NCBI GenBank assembly: GCA_043228905.1 | Contig: JBHGNT010000006.1 | Coordinates: 1-64,000, forward strand | Direction: 5' to 3' | Origin: Azolla caroliniana | Taxonomy: Eukaryota; Plantae; Polypodiophyta | DNA length: 64,000 nucleotides | Shown here: in pieces, positions 13,951 to 29,600 of the stretch | How positions within the stretch are numbered: position 1 is the stretch's first letter | Layout of the letters: each line of letters begins with the position of its first letter | Notes under the pieces: generated by a model | What the model saw: only the letters and a program-made list of their open reading frames with translations | Databases searched by the model: none | Told to the model about the DNA's origin: nothing | Program-made: the position numbers and the translations under genes

Positions 13951-15324
13951 TTCTATATGATAGCTAGCGTTGTTAGCTTCGATTCGCATGTTTGAACATA
14001 AAAATCCGATATCACACGAGCCAGGTATGAACATTTTAATTTACCTACTAGCTCTTCTCAACTCAATCCTCAAATTTGGTAATTTCGTCATGTTTCTCGG
14101 CCTGAGTTTCAAAATCTTGATTTTTTAATTCCATATCATAGCTAGCGTTGTTAGCTTCGATTCGCATGTTTGTACACAAAAATCCAATATCACACGAGCC
14201 AGGTATGAACATTTTTATTTACCTTCTAGCTCTTCTCAACCCACTCCTCAAATTTGGTAATTACGTCATGTCTCTCGAGCTGAGTTTCAAAATCTTCATT
14301 TTGTAATTCTATATCATAGCTAGCATTGTTAGCATCGATTCGCATGTTTGAACACAAAAATCCGATATCACACGAGCCAGGTATGAACATTTTAATTTAC
14401 CTACTAGCTCTTCTCAACTCACTCCTCAAATTTGGTAATTTCGTCATGTCTCTCGACCTGAGTTTTTGAATCTTGATTTTTTAATTCCATATCATAGCTA
14501 GCGTTGTTAGCTTCGATTCGCATGTTTGTACTCAAAAATCCGATGTCACACGAGCCAGGTATGAACATTTTTATTTACTCAAGGGCTCCTCTCAACTCAC
14601 TCTTCAAATTTGGTAATTATGTCATGTCTCTCGACCTGAGTTTCAAAATCTTGATTTTTTAATTCCATATCATAGCTAGCGTTGTTAGCTTCGATTCGCA
14701 TGTTCGAACACAAAAATCCGATATCACACGAGCCAGGTATGAACATTTTAATTTACCTACTAGGTCTTCTTAACTCAATCCTCAAATTTGGTAATTTCGT
14801 CATGTCTCTCGACCTGAGTTTCAAAATCTTGATTTTTTAATTCCATATCATAGCTAGCGTTGTTAGCTTCGATTCGCATGTTTGAACATAAAAATCCGAT
14901 ATCACACGAGCCAGGTATGAACATTTTTATTTACCTACTAGCTCTTCTCAACTCAATCCTCAAATTTGGTAATTTCGTCATGTCTCTCGACCTGAGTTTC
15001 AAAATCTTGATTTTTTAAATCTATATGATAGCTAGCGTTGTTAGCTTCGATTCGCATGTTTGAACACAAAAATCCGATATCACACGAGCCAGGTATAAAC
15101 ATTTTAATTTACCTACTAGCTCTTCTCAACTCAATCCTCAAATCTCGTAATTTCGTCATGTCTCTCGACCTGAGTTTCAAAATCTTGATTTTTTAATTCT
15201 ATATGATAGCTAGCGTTGTTAGCTTCGATTCGCATGTTTGAACACGAAAATCCGATATCACACGAGCCAGGTATAAACATTTTAATTTACCTACTAGCTC
15301 TTCTCAACTCAATCCTCAAATTTG

Positions 15325-18300
15325 GTAATTTCGTCATGTCTCTCGACCTGAGTTTCAAAATCTTGATTTTTTAATTCCATATCATAGCTAGCGTTGTTAG
15401 CTTCGATTCGCATGTTTGTACACAAAAATCCGATATCACACGAGCCAGGTATGAACATTATTATTTACTCAAGGGCTCCTCTCAACTCAATGCTCAAATT
15501 TGGTAATTTCGTCATGTCTCTCGACCTGAGTATCAAAATCTTGATTTTTTAATTCCATATCATAGCTAGCGTTGTTAGCTTCGATTCGCATGTTTGTACA
15601 CAAAAATCCGATATCACACGAGCCAGGTATGAACATTTTTATTTACTCAAGGGCTCCTCTCAACTCACTCCTCAAATTTGGTAATTACGTCATGTCTCTC
15701 GAGCTGAGTTTCAAAATCTTGATTTTTTGATTCTATATGATAGCTAGCACTGTTAGCTTCGATTCCCATGTTTGAATACAAAAATCTGATATCACACGAG
15801 CCAGGTATGAACATTTTAATTTACTCAAGCGCTCCTCTCAACTCACTCCTCAAATTTGGTAATTACGTCATGTCTCTCGACCTGAGTTTCAAAATCTTGA
15901 TTTTCTAATTCTATATGATAGCTAGCGTTGTTAGCTTCGATTCGCATGTTTGAACATAAAATTTCGATATCACACGACCCAGGTATGAACATTTTTATTT
16001 ACCTACTAGCTCTTCTCAACTCAATGCTCAAATTTGGTAATTTCGTCATGTCTCTCGACCTTAGTTTCAAAATCTTGATTTTTTAATTCCATATCATAGC
16101 TAGCGTTGTTAGCTTCGATTCGCATGTTTGAACACAAATATCCGATATCACACGAGCCAGGTATGAACATTTTAATTTACTCAAGGGCTCCTCTCAACTC
16201 ACTCGTGAAATTTGGTAATTACGTCATGTCTCTCGACCTGAGTTTCAAAATCTTGATTTTTTTATTCCATATCATAGCTAGCGTTGTTAGCTTCGATTCC
16301 AATGTTTGTACACAAAAATCCGATATCACACGAGCTAGGTATGAACATTTTAATTTACTCAAGGGCTCCTCTCAACTCACTCTTCAAATTTGGTAATTAC
16401 GTCATGTCTCTCGACCTGAGTTTGAAAATCTTGATTTTTTAATTCCATATCATAGCTAGCGTTGTTAGCTTCGATTCGCATGTTTGAACACAAAAATCCG
16501 ATATCACACGAGCCAGGTATAAACATTTTAATTTACCTACTAGCTCTTCTCAACTCAATCCTCAAATTTGGTAATTTCGTCATGTCTCTCGACCTGAGTT
16601 TCAAAATCTTGATTTTTTAATTCCATATCATAGCTAGCGTTGTTAGCTTCGATTCGCATGTTTGAACATAAAAATCCGATATCACACGAGCCAGGTATGA
16701 ACATTTTTATTTACCTACTAGCTCTTCTCAACTCAATGCTCAAATTTGGTAATTTCGTCATGTCTCTCGACCTGAGTTTCAAAATCTTGATTTTTTAATT
16801 CTATATGATAGCTAGCATTGTTAGCTTCGATTCGCATGTTCGAACACAAAAATCCGATATCACACGAGCCAGGTATGAACATTTTAATTTACCTACTAGC
16901 TCTTCTCAACTCAATCCTCAAATCTCGTAATTTCGTCATGTCTCTCGACCTGAGTTTCAAAATCTTGATTTTTTAATTCCATATCATAGCTAGCGTTGTT
17001 AGCTTCGATTCGCATGTTTGTACACAAAAATCCGATATCACACGAGCCAGGTATGAACATTTTTATTTACCTACTAGCTCTTCTCAACTCAATCCTCAAA
17101 TCTCGTAATTTCGTCATGTCTCTCGGCCTGACTTTCAAAATCTTGATTTTTTAATTCCATGTCATAGCTAGCGTTGTTAGCTTCGATTCGCATGTTTGTA
17201 CACAGAAATCCGATATCACACGAGCCAGGTATGAACATTTTTATTTACCTAGTAGCTCTTCTCAACTCACTCCTCAAATTTGGTAATTACGTCATGTCTC
17301 TCGAGCTGAGTTTCAAAATCTTGATTTTTTAATTCTATATGATAGCTAGCATTGTTAGCTTCGATTCGCATGTTTGAATACAAAAATCCGATATCACACG
17401 AGCCAGGTACGAACATTTTAATTTACTCAAGGGCTCCTCTCAACTCACTCCTGAAATTTGGTAATTACGTCATGTCTCTCAACCTGAGTTTCAAAATCTT
17501 GATTTTTTAATTCTATATGATAGCTAGCGTTGTTAGCTTCGATTCGCATGTTTGAACATAAAAATCCGATATCACACGAGCCAGGTATGAACATTTTTAT
17601 TTACCTACTAGCTCTTCTCAACTCAATCCTCAAATTTGGTAATTTCGTCATGTCTCTCGACCTGAGTTTCAAAATCTTGATTTTTTAATTCTATATGATA
17701 GCTAGCGTTGTTAGCTTCGATTCGCATGTTTGAACACAAAAATCCGATATCACACGAGCCAGGTATAAACATTTTAATTTACCTACTAGCTCTTCTCAAC
17801 TAAATCCTCAAATTTGGTAATTTCGTCATGTCTCTCGACCTGAGTTTCAAAATCTTGATTTTTTAATTCCATATCATAGCTAGCGTTGTTAGCTTCGATT
17901 CGCATGTTTGTACACAAAAATCCGATATCACACGAGCCAGGTATGAACATTATTATTTACTCAAGGGCTCCTCTCAACTCAATGCTCAAATTTGGTAATT
18001 TCGTCATGTCTCTCGACCTGAGTTTCAAAATCTTGATTTTTTAATTCCATATCATAGCTAGCGTTGTTAGCTTCGATTTGCATGTTTGAACACAAAAACC
18101 CGATATCACACGAGCCAGGTATGAACATTTTAATTTAGTCAAGCGCTCCTCTCAACTCACTCCTCAAATTTGGTAATTACGTCATGTCTCTCGACCTGAG
18201 TTTCAAAATCTTGATTTTTTAATTCCATATCATAGCTAGCGTTGTTAGCTTCGATTTGCATGTTTGAACACAAAAACCCGATATCACACGAGCCAGGTAT

Positions 18301-21300
18301 GAACATTTGAATTTAGTCAAGCGCTCCTCTCAACTCACTCCTCAAATTTGGTAATTACGTCATGTCTCTCGACCTGAGTTTCAAAATCTTGATTTTTTCA
18401 TTCTATATGATAGCTAGCGTTGTTAGCTTCGATTCGCATGTTTGAACATAAGAATCCGATATCACACGAGCCAGGTATGAACATTTTTATTTACCTACTA
18501 GCTCTTCTCAACTCAATGCTCAAATTTGGTAATTTCGTCATGTCTCTCGACCTGAGTTTGAAAATCTTGATTTTTTAATTCCATATCATAGCTAGCGTTG
18601 TTAGCTTCGATTCGCATGTTTGAACACAAAAATCCGATATCACACGAGCCAGGTATAAACATTTTAATTTACCTACTAGCTCTTCTCAACTCAATCCTCA
18701 AATTTGGTAATTTCGTCATGTCTCTCGACCTGAGTTTCAAAATCTTGATTTTTTAATTCCATATCATAGCTAGCGTTGTTAGCTTCGATTCGCATGTTTG
18801 AACATAAATATCCGATATCACACGAGCCAGGTATGAACATTTTTATTTACCTACTAGCTCTTCTCAACTCAATGCTCAAATTTGGTAATTTCGTCATGTC
18901 TCTCGACCTGAGTTTCAAAATCTTGATTTTTTAATTCTATATGATAGCTAGCATTGTTAGCTTCGATTCGCATGTTTGAACACAAAAATCCGATATCACA
19001 CGAGCCAGGTATGAACATTTTAATTTACCTACTAGCTCTTCTCAACTCAATCCTCAAATCTCGTAATTTCGTCATGTCTCTCGACCTGAGTTTCAAAATC
19101 TTGATTTTTTAATTCCATATCATAGCTAGCGTTGTTAGCTTCGATTCGCATGTTTGTACACAAAAATCCGATATCACACGAGCCAGGTATGAACATTATT
19201 ATTTACTCAAGGGCTCCTCTCAACTCAATGCTCAAATTTGGTAATTTCGTCATGTCTCTCGACCTGAGTATCAAAATCTTGATTTTTTAATTCCATATCA
19301 TAGCTAGCGTTGTTAGCTTCGATTCGCATGTTTGTACACAAAAATCCGATATCACACGAGCCAGGTATGAACATTTTTATTTACTCAAGGGCTCCTCTCA
19401 ACTCACTCCTCAAATTTGGTAATTACGTCATGTCTCTCGAGCTGAGTTTCAAAATCTTGATTTTTTGATTCTATATGATAGCTAGCACTGTTAGCTTCGA
19501 TTCCCATGTTTGAATACAAAAATCTGATATCACACGAGCCAGGTATGAACATTTTAATTTACTCAAGCGCTCCTCTCAACTCACTCCTCAAATTTGGTAA
19601 TTACGTCATGTCTCTCGACCTGAGTTTCAAAATCTTGATTTTCTAATTCTATATGATAGCTAGCGTTGTTAGCTTCGATTCGCATGTTTGAACATAAAAT
19701 TTCGATATCACACGACCCAGGTATGAACATTTTTATTTACCTACTAGCTCTTCTCAACTCAATGCTCAAATTTGGTAATTTCGTCATGTCTCTCGACCTT
19801 AGTTTCAAAATCTTGATTTTTTAATTCCATATCATAGCTAGCGTTGTTAGCTTCGATTCGCATGTTTGAACACAAATATCCGATATCACACGAGCCAGGT
19901 ATGAACATTTTAATTTACTCAAGGGCTCCTCTCAACTCACTCGTGAAATTTGGTAATTACGTCATGTCTCTCGACCTGAGTTTCAAAATCTTGATTTTTT
20001 TATTCCATATCATAGCTAGCGTTGTTAGCTTCGATTCCAATGTTTGTACACAAAAATCCGATATCACACGAGCTAGGTATGAACATTTTAATTTACTCAA
20101 GGGCTCCTCTCAACTCACTCTTCAAATTTGGTAATTACGTCATGTCTCTCGACCTGAGTTTGAAAATCTTGATTTTTTAATTCCATATCATAGCTAGCGT
20201 TGTTAGCTTCGATTCGCATGTTTGAACACAAAAATCCGATATCACACGAGCCAGGTATAAACATTTTAATTTACCTACTAGCTCTTCTCAACTCAATCCT
20301 CAAATTTGGTAATTTCGTCATGTCTCTCGACCTGAGTTTCAAAATCTTGATTTTTTAATTCCATATCATAGCTAGCGTTGTTAGCTTCGATTCGCATGTT
20401 TGAACATAAAAATCCGATATCACACGAGCCAGGTATGAACATTTTTATTTACCTACTAGCTCTTCTCAACTCAATGCTCAAATTTGGTAATTTCGTCATG
20501 TCTCTCGACCTGAGTTTCAAAATCTTGATTTTTTAATTCTATATGATAGCTAGCATTGTTAGCTTCGATTCGCATGTTCGAACACAAAAATCCGATATCA
20601 CACGAGCCAGGTATGAACATTTTAATTTACCTACTAGCTCTTCTCAACTCAATCCTCAAATCTCGTAATTTCGTCATGTCTCTCGACCTGAGTTTCAAAA
20701 TCTTGATTTTTTAATTCCATATCATAGCTAGCGTTGTTAGCTTCGATTCGCATGTTTGTACACAAAAATCCGATATCACACGAGCCAGGTATGAACATTT
20801 TTATTTACCTACTAGCTCTTCTCAACTCAATCCTCAAATCTCGTAATTTCGTCATGTCTCTCGGCCTGACTTTCAAAATCTTGATTTTTTAATTCCATGT
20901 CATAGCTAGCGTTGTTAGCTTCGATTCGCATGTTTGTACACAGAAATCCGATATCACACGAGCCAGGTATGAACATTTTTATTTACCTAGTAGCTCTTCT
21001 CAACTCACTCCTCAAATTTGGTAATTACGTCATGTCTCTCGAGCTGAGTTTCAAAATCTTGATTTTTTAATTCTATATGATAGCTAGCATTGTTAGCTTC
21101 GATTCGCATGTTTGAATACAAAAATCCGATATCACACGAGCCAGGTACGAACATTTTAATTTACTCAAGGGCTCCTCTCAACTCACTCCTGAAATTTGGT
21201 AATTACGTCATGTCTCTCAACCTGAGTTTCAAAATCTTGATTTTTTAATTCTATATGATAGCTAGCGTTGTTAGCTTCGATTCGCATGTTTGAACATAAA

Positions 21301-24300
21301 AATCCGATATCACACGAGCCAGGTATGAACATTTTTATTTACCTACTAGCTCTTCTCAACTCAATCCTCAAATTTGGTAATTTCGTCATGTCTCTCGACC
21401 TGAGTTTCAAAATCTTGATTTTTTAATTCTATATGATAGCTAGCGTTGTTAGCTTCGATTCGCATGTTTGAACACAAAAATCCGATATCACACGAGCCAG
21501 GTATAAACATTTTAATTTACCTACTAGCTCTTCTCAACTAAATCCTCAAATTTGGTAATTTCGTCATGTCTCTCGACCTGAGTTTCAAAATCTTGATTTT
21601 TTAATTCCATATCATAGCTAGCGTTGTTAGCTTCGATTCGCATGTTTGTACACAAAAATCCGATATCACACGAGCCAGGTATGAACATTATTATTTACTC
21701 AAGGGCTCCTCTCAACTCAATGCTCAAATTTGGTAATTTCGTCATGTCTCTCGACCTGAGTTTCAAAATCTTGATTTTTTAATTCCATATCATAGCTAGC
21801 GTTGTTAGCTTCGATTTGCATGTTTGAACACAAAAACCCGATATCACACGAGCCAGGTATGAACATTTTAATTTAGTCAAGCGCTCCTCTCAACTCACTC
21901 CTCAAATTTGGTAATTACGTCATGTCTCTCGACCTGAGTTTCAAAATCTTGATTTTTTAATTCCATATCATAGCTAGCGTTGTTAGCTTCGATTTGCATG
22001 TTTGAACACAAAAACCCGATATCACACGAGCCAGGTATGAACATTTGAATTTAGTCAAGCGCTCCTCTCAACTCACTCCTCAAATTTGGTAATTACGTCA
22101 TGTCTCTCGACCTGAGTTTCAAAATCTTGATTTTTTCATTCTATATGATAGCTAGCGTTGTTAGCTTCGATTCGCATGTTTGAACATAAGAATCCGATAT
22201 CACACGAGCCAGGTATGAACATTTTTATTTACCTACTAGCTCTTCTCAACTCAATGCTCAAATTTGGTAATTTCGTCATGTCTCTCGACCTGAGTTTGAA
22301 AATCTTGATTTTTTAATTCCATATCATAGCTAGCGTTGTTAGCTTCGATTCGCATGTTTGAACACAAAAATCCGATATCACACGAGCCAGGTATAAACAT
22401 TTTAATTTACCTACTAGCTCTTCTCAACTCAATCCTCAAATTTGGTAATTTCGTCATGTCTCTCGACCTGAGTTTCAAAATCTTGATTTTTTAATTCCAT
22501 ATCATAGCTAGCGTTGTTAGCTTCGATTCGCATGTTTGAACATAAATATCCGATATCACACGAGCCAGGTATGAACATTTTTATTTACCTACTAGCTCTT
22601 CTCAACTCAATGCTCAAATTTGGTAATTTCGTCATGTCTCTCGACCTGAGTTTCAAAATCTTGATTTTTTAATTCTATATGATAGCTAGCATTGTTAGCT
22701 TCGATTCGCATGTTTGAACACAAAAATCCGATATCACACGAGCCAGGTATGAACATTTTAATTTACCTACTAGCTCTTCTCAACTCAATCCTCAAATCTC
22801 GTAATTTCGTCATGTCTCTCGACCTGAGTTTCAAAATCTTGATTTTTTAATTCCATATCATAGCTAGCGTTGTTAGCTTCGATTCGCATGTTTGTACACA
22901 AAAATCCGATATCACACGAGCCAGGTATGAACATTATTATTTACTCAAGGGCTCCTCTCAACTCAATGCTCAAATTTGGTAATTTCGTCATGTCTCTCGA
23001 CCTGAGTATCAAAATCTTGATTTTTTAATTCCATATCATAGCTAGCGTTGTTAGCTTCGATTCGCATGTTTGTACACAAAAATCCGATATCACACGAGCC
23101 AGGTATGAACATTTTTATTTACTCAAGGGCTCCTCTCAACTCACTCCTCAAATTTGGTAATTACGTCATGTCTCTCGAGCTGAGTTTCAAAATCTTGATT
23201 TTTTGATTCTATATGATAGCTAGCACTGTTAGCTTCGATTCCCATGTTTGAATACAAAAATCTGATATCACACGAGCCAGGTATGAACATTTTAATTTAC
23301 TCAAGCGCTCCTCTCAACTCACTCCTCAAATTTGGTAATTACGTCATGTCTCTCGACCTGAGTTTCAAAATCTTGATTTTCTAATTCTATATGATAGCTA
23401 GCGTTGTTAGCTTCGATTCGCATGTTTGAACATAAAATTTCGATATCACACGACCCAGGTATGAACATTTTTATTTACCTACTAGCTCTTCTCAACTCAA
23501 TGCTCAAATTTGGTAATTTCGTCATGTCTCTCGACCTTAGTTTCAAAATCTTGATTTTTTAATTCCATATCATAGCTAGCGTTGTTAGCTTCGATTCGCA
23601 TGTTTGAACACAAATATCCGATATCACACGAGCCAGGTATGAACATTTTAATTTACTCAAGGGCTCCTCTCAACTCACTCGTGAAATTTGGTAATTACGT
23701 CATGTCTCTCGACCTGAGTTTCAAAATCTTGATTTTTTTATTCCATATCATAGCTAGCGTTGTTAGCTTCGATTCCAATGTTTGTACACAAAAATCCGAT
23801 ATCACACGAGCTAGGTATGAACATTTTAATTTACTCAAGGGCTCCTCTCAACTCACTCTTCAAATTTGGTAATTACGTCATGTCTCTCGACCTGAGTTTG
23901 AAAATCTTGATTTTTTAATTCCATATCATAGCTAGCGTTGTTAGCTTCGATTCGCATGTTTGAACACAAAAATCCGATATCACACGAGCCAGGTATAAAC
24001 ATTTTAATTTACCTACTAGCTCTTCTCAACTCAATCCTCAAATTTGGTAATTTCGTCATGTCTCTCGACCTGAGTTTCAAAATCTTGATTTTTTAATTCC
24101 ATATCATAGCTAGCGTTGTTAGCTTCGATTCGCATGTTTGAACATAAAAATCCGATATCACACGAGCCAGGTATGAACATTTTTATTTACCTACTAGCTC
24201 TTCTCAACTCAATGCTCAAATTTGGTAATTTCGTCATGTCTCTCGACCTGAGTTTCAAAATCTTGATTTTTTAATTCTATATGATAGCTAGCATTGTTAG

Positions 24301-26670
24301 CTTCGATTCGCATGTTCGAACACAAAAATCCGATATCACACGAGCCAGGTATGAACATTTTAATTTACCTACTAGCTCTTCTCAACTCAATCCTCAAATC
24401 TCGTAATTTCGTCATGTCTCTCGACCTGAGTTTCAAAATCTTGATTTTTTAATTCCATATCATAGCTAGCGTTGTTAGCTTCGATTCGCATGTTTGTACA
24501 CAAAAATCCGATATCACACGAGCCAGGTATGAACATTTTTATTTACCTACTAGCTCTTCTCAACTCAATCCTCAAATCTCGTAATTTCGTCATGTCTCTC
24601 GGCCTGACTTTCAAAATCTTGATTTTTTAATTCCATGTCATAGCTAGCGTTGTTAGCTTCGATTCGCATGTTTGTACACAGAAATCCGATATCACACGAG
24701 CCAGGTATGAACATTTTTATTTACCTAGTAGCTCTTCTCAACTCACTCCTCAAATTTGGTAATTACGTCATGTCTCTCGAGCTGAGTTTCAAAATCTTGA
24801 TTTTTTAATTCTATATGATAGCTAGCATTGTTAGCTTCGATTCGCATGTTTGAATACAAAAATCCGATATCACACGAGCCAGGTACGAACATTTTAATTT
24901 ACTCAAGGGCTCCTCTCAACTCACTCCTGAAATTTGGTAATTACGTCATGTCTCTCAACCTGAGTTTCAAAATCTTGATTTTTTAATTCTATATGATAGC
25001 TAGCGTTGTTAGCTTCGATTCGCATGTTTGAACATAAAAATCCGATATCACACGAGCCAGGTATGAACATTTTTATTTACCTACTAGCTCTTCTCAACTC
25101 AATCCTCAAATTTGGTAATTTCGTCATGTCTCTCGACCTGAGTTTCAAAATCTTGATTTTTTAATTCTATATGATAGCTAGCGTTGTTAGCTTCGATTCG
25201 CATGTTTGAACACAAAAATCCGATATCACACGAGCCAGGTATAAACATTTTAATTTACCTACTAGCTCTTCTCAACTAAATCCTCAAATTTGGTAATTTC
25301 GTCATGTCTCTCGACCTGAGTTTCAAAATCTTGATTTTTTAATTCCATATCATAGCTAGCGTTGTTAGCTTCGATTCGCATGTTTGTACACAAAAATCCG
25401 ATATCACACGAGCCAGGTATGAACATTATTATTTACTCAAGGGCTCCTCTCAACTCAATGCTCAAATTTGGTAATTTCGTCATGTCTCTCGACCTGAGTT
25501 TCAAAATCTTGATTTTTTAATTCCATATCATAGCTAGCGTTGTTAGCTTCGATTTGCATGTTTGAACACAAAAACCCGATATCACACGAGCCAGGTATGA
25601 ACATTTTAATTTAGTCAAGCGCTCCTCTCAACTCACTCCTCAAATTTGGTAATTACGTCATGTCTCTCGACCTGAGTTTCAAAATCTTGATTTTTTAATT
25701 CCATATCATAGCTAGCGTTGTTAGCTTCGATTTGCATGTTTGAACACAAAAACCCGATATCACACGAGCCAGGTATGAACATTTGAATTTAGTCAAGCGC
25801 TCCTCTCAACTCACTCCTCAAATTTGGTAATTACGTCATGTCTCTCGACCTGAGTTTCAAAATCTTGATTTTTTCATTCTATATGATAGCTAGCGTTGTT
25901 AGCTTCGATTCGCATGTTTGAACATAAGAATCCGATATCACACGAGCCAGGTATGAACATTTTTATTTACCTACTAGCTCTTCTCAACTCAATGCTCAAA
26001 TTTGGTAATTTCGTCATGTCTCTCGACCTGAGTTTGAAAATCTTGATTTTTTAATTCCATATCATAGCTAGCGTTGTTAGCTTCGATTCGCATGTTTGAA
26101 CACAAAAATCCGATATCACACGAGCCAGGTATAAACATTTTAATTTACCTACTAGCTCTTCTCAACTCAATCCTCAAATTTGGTAATTTCGTCATGTCTC
26201 TCGACCTGAGTTTCAAAATCTTGATTTTTTAATTCCATATCATAGCTAGCGTTGTTAGCTTCGATTCGCATGTTTGAACATAAATATCCGATATCACACG
26301 AGCCAGGTATGAACATTTTTATTTACCTACTAGCTCTTCTCAACTCAATGCTCAAATTTGGTAATTTCGTCATGTCTCTCGACCTGAGTTTCAAAATCTT
26401 GATTTTTTAATTCTATATGATAGCTAGCATTGTTAGCTTCGATTCGCATGTTTGAACACAAAAATCCGATATCACACGAGCCAGGTATGAACATTTTAAT
26501 TTACCTACTAGCTCTTCTCAACTCAATCCTCAAATCTCGTAATTTCGTCATGTCTCTCGACCTGAGTTTCAAAATCTTGATTTTTTAATTCCATATCATA
26601 GCTAGCGTTGTTAGCTTCGATTCGCATGTTTGTACACAAAAATCCGATATCACACGAGCCAGGTATGAAC
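15325..26670. repeat. 21-mer higher-order repeat (3738 bp), 3 tandem near-identical copies
   Basis: Identical ORF-track hits at 16106, 19844 and 23582 (spacing 3738 = 21x178). The private variants CACGACCCAGG, AAATTTCGATATC, ACTCGTGAAA and GATTCCAATG repeat at the same spacing. Confidence 0.93.
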
Positions 26671-29600
26671 ATTTTTATTTACCTACTAGCTCTTCTCAAC
26701 TCAATGCTCAAATTTGGTAATTTCGTCATGTCTCTCGGCCTGACTTTCAAAATCTTGATTTTTTAATTCCATGTCATAGCTAGCGTTGTTAGCTTCGATT
26801 CGCATGTTTGTACACAGAAATCCGATATCACACGAGCCAGGTATGAACATTTTTATTTACCTAGTAGCTCTTCTCAACTCACTCCTCAAATTTGGTAATT
26901 ACGTCATGTCTCTCGAGCTGAGTTTCAAAATCTTGATTTTTTAATTCTATATGATAGCTAGCATTGTTAGCTTCGATTCGCATGTTTGAATACAAAAATC
27001 CGATATCACACGAGCCAGGTACGAACATTTTAATTTACTCAAGGGCTCCTCTCAACTCACTCCTGAAATTTGGTAATTACGTCATGTCTCTCAACCTGAG
27101 TTTCAAAATCTTGATTTTTTAATTCTATATGATAGCTAGCGTTGTTAGCTTCGATTCGCATGTTTGAACACAAAAATCCGATATCACACGAGCCAGGTAT
27201 GAATATTTTTATTTACCTACTAGCTCTTCTGAACTCACTCCACAAATTTGGTAATTACGTCATGTCTCTCGACCTGAGTTTCAAAATCTTGATTTTTTAA
27301 TTCTATATGATAGCTAGCGTTGTTAGCTTCGATTCGCATGTTTGAACACAAAAATCCGATATCACACGAGCCAGGTATAAACATTTTAATTTACCTACTA
27401 GCTCTTCTCAACTCAATCCTCAAATTTGGTAATTTCGTCATGTCTCTCGACCTGAGTTTCAAAATCTTGATTTTTTAATTCCATATCATAGCTAGCGTTG
27501 TTAGCTTCGATTCGCATGTTTGTACACAAAAATCCGATATCACACGAGCCAGGTATGAACATTATTATTTACTCAAGGGCTCCTCTCAACTCAATGCTCA
27601 AATTTGGTAATTTCGTCATGTCTCTCGACCTGAGTTTCAAAATCTTGATTTTTTAATTCCATATCATAGCTAGCGTTGTTAGCTTCGATTTGCATGTTTG
27701 AACACAAAAACCCGATATCACACGAGCCAGGTATGAACATTTTAATTTAGTCAAGCGCTCCTCTCAACTCACTCCTCAAATTTGGTAATTACGTCATGTC
27801 TCTCGACCTGAGTTTCAAAATCTTGATTTTTTAATTCCATATCATAGCTAGCGTTGTTAGCTTCGATTTGCATGTTTGAACACAAAAACCCGATATCACA
27901 CGAGCCAGGTATGAACATTTGAATTTAGTCAAGCGCTCCTCTCAACTCACTCCTCAAATTTGGTAATTACGTCATGTCTCTCGACCTGAGTTTCAAAATC
28001 TTGATTTTTTCATTCTATATGATAGCTAGCGTTGTTAGCTTCGATTCGCATGTTTGAACATAAGAATCCGATATCACACGAGCCAGGTATGAACATTTTT
28101 ATTTACCTACTAGCTCTTCTCAACTCAATGCTCAAATTTGGTAATTTCGTCATGTCTCTCGACCTTAGTTTCAAAATCTTGATTTTTTAATTCCATATCA
28201 TAGCTAGCGTTGTTAGCTTCGATTCGCATGTTTGAACACAAATATCCGATATCACACGAGCCAGGTATGAACATTTTAATTTACTCAAGGGCTCCTCTCA
28301 ACTCACTCTTCAAATTTGGTAATTACGTCATGTCTCTCGACCTGAGTTTCAAAATCTTGATTTTTTAATTCTATATGATAGTTAGCGTTGTTAGCTTCGA
28401 TTCGCATGTTTGAACACAAAAATCCGATATCACACGAGCCAGGTATGAACATTTTAATTTACCTACTAGCTCTTCTCAACTCACTCCTCAAATTTGGTAA
28501 TTACGTCATGTCTCTCGACCTGAGTTTCAAAATCTTGATTTTTTAATTCTATATGATAGCTAGCGTTGTTAGCTTCGATTCGCATGTTTGAACACAAAAA
28601 TCCGATATCACACGAGCCAGGTATAAACATTTTAATTTACCTACTAGCTCTTCTCAACTCAATCCTCAAATTTGGTAATTTCGTCATGTCTCTCGACCTG
28701 AGTTTCAAAATCTTGATTTTTTAATTCCATATCATAGCTAGCGTTGTTAGCTTCGATTCGCATGTTTGAACATAAAAATCCGATATCACACGAGCCAGGT
28801 ATGAACATTTTTATTTACCTACTAGCTCTTCTCAACTCAATGCTCAAATTTGGTAATTTCGTCATGTCTCTCGACCTGAGTTTCAAAATCTTGATTTTTT
28901 AATTCTATATGATAGCTAGCATTGTTAGCTTCGATTCGCATGTTTGAACACAAAAATCCGATATCACACGAGCCAGGTATGAACATTTTAATTTACCTAC
29001 TAGCTCTTCTCAACTCAATCCTCAAATCTCGTAATTTCGTCATGTCTCTCGACCTGAGTTTCAAAATCTTGATTTTTTAATTCCATATCATAGCTAGCGT
29101 TGTTAGCTTCGATTCGCATGTTTGTACACAAAAATCCGATATCACACGAGCCAGGTATGAACATTTTTATTTACCTACTAGCTCTTCTCAACTCAATGCT
29201 CAAATTTGGTAATTTCGTCATGTCTCTCGGCCTGACTTTCAAAATCTTGATTTTTTAATTCCATGTCATAGCTAGCGTTGTTAGCTTCGATTCGCATGTT
29301 TGTACACAGAAATCCGATATCACACGAGCCAGGTATGAACATTTTTATTTACCTAGTAGCTCTTCTCAACTCACTCCTCAAATTTGGTAATTACGTCATG
29401 TCTCTCGAGCTGAGTTTCAAAATCTTGATTTTTTAATTCTATATGATAGCTAGCATTGTTAGCTTCGATTCGCATGTTTGAATACAAAAATCCGATATCA
29501 CACGAGCCAGGTACGAACATTTTAATTTACTCAAGGGCTCCTCTCAACTCACTCCTGAAATTTGGTAATTACGTCATGTCTCTCAACCTGAGTTTCAAAA

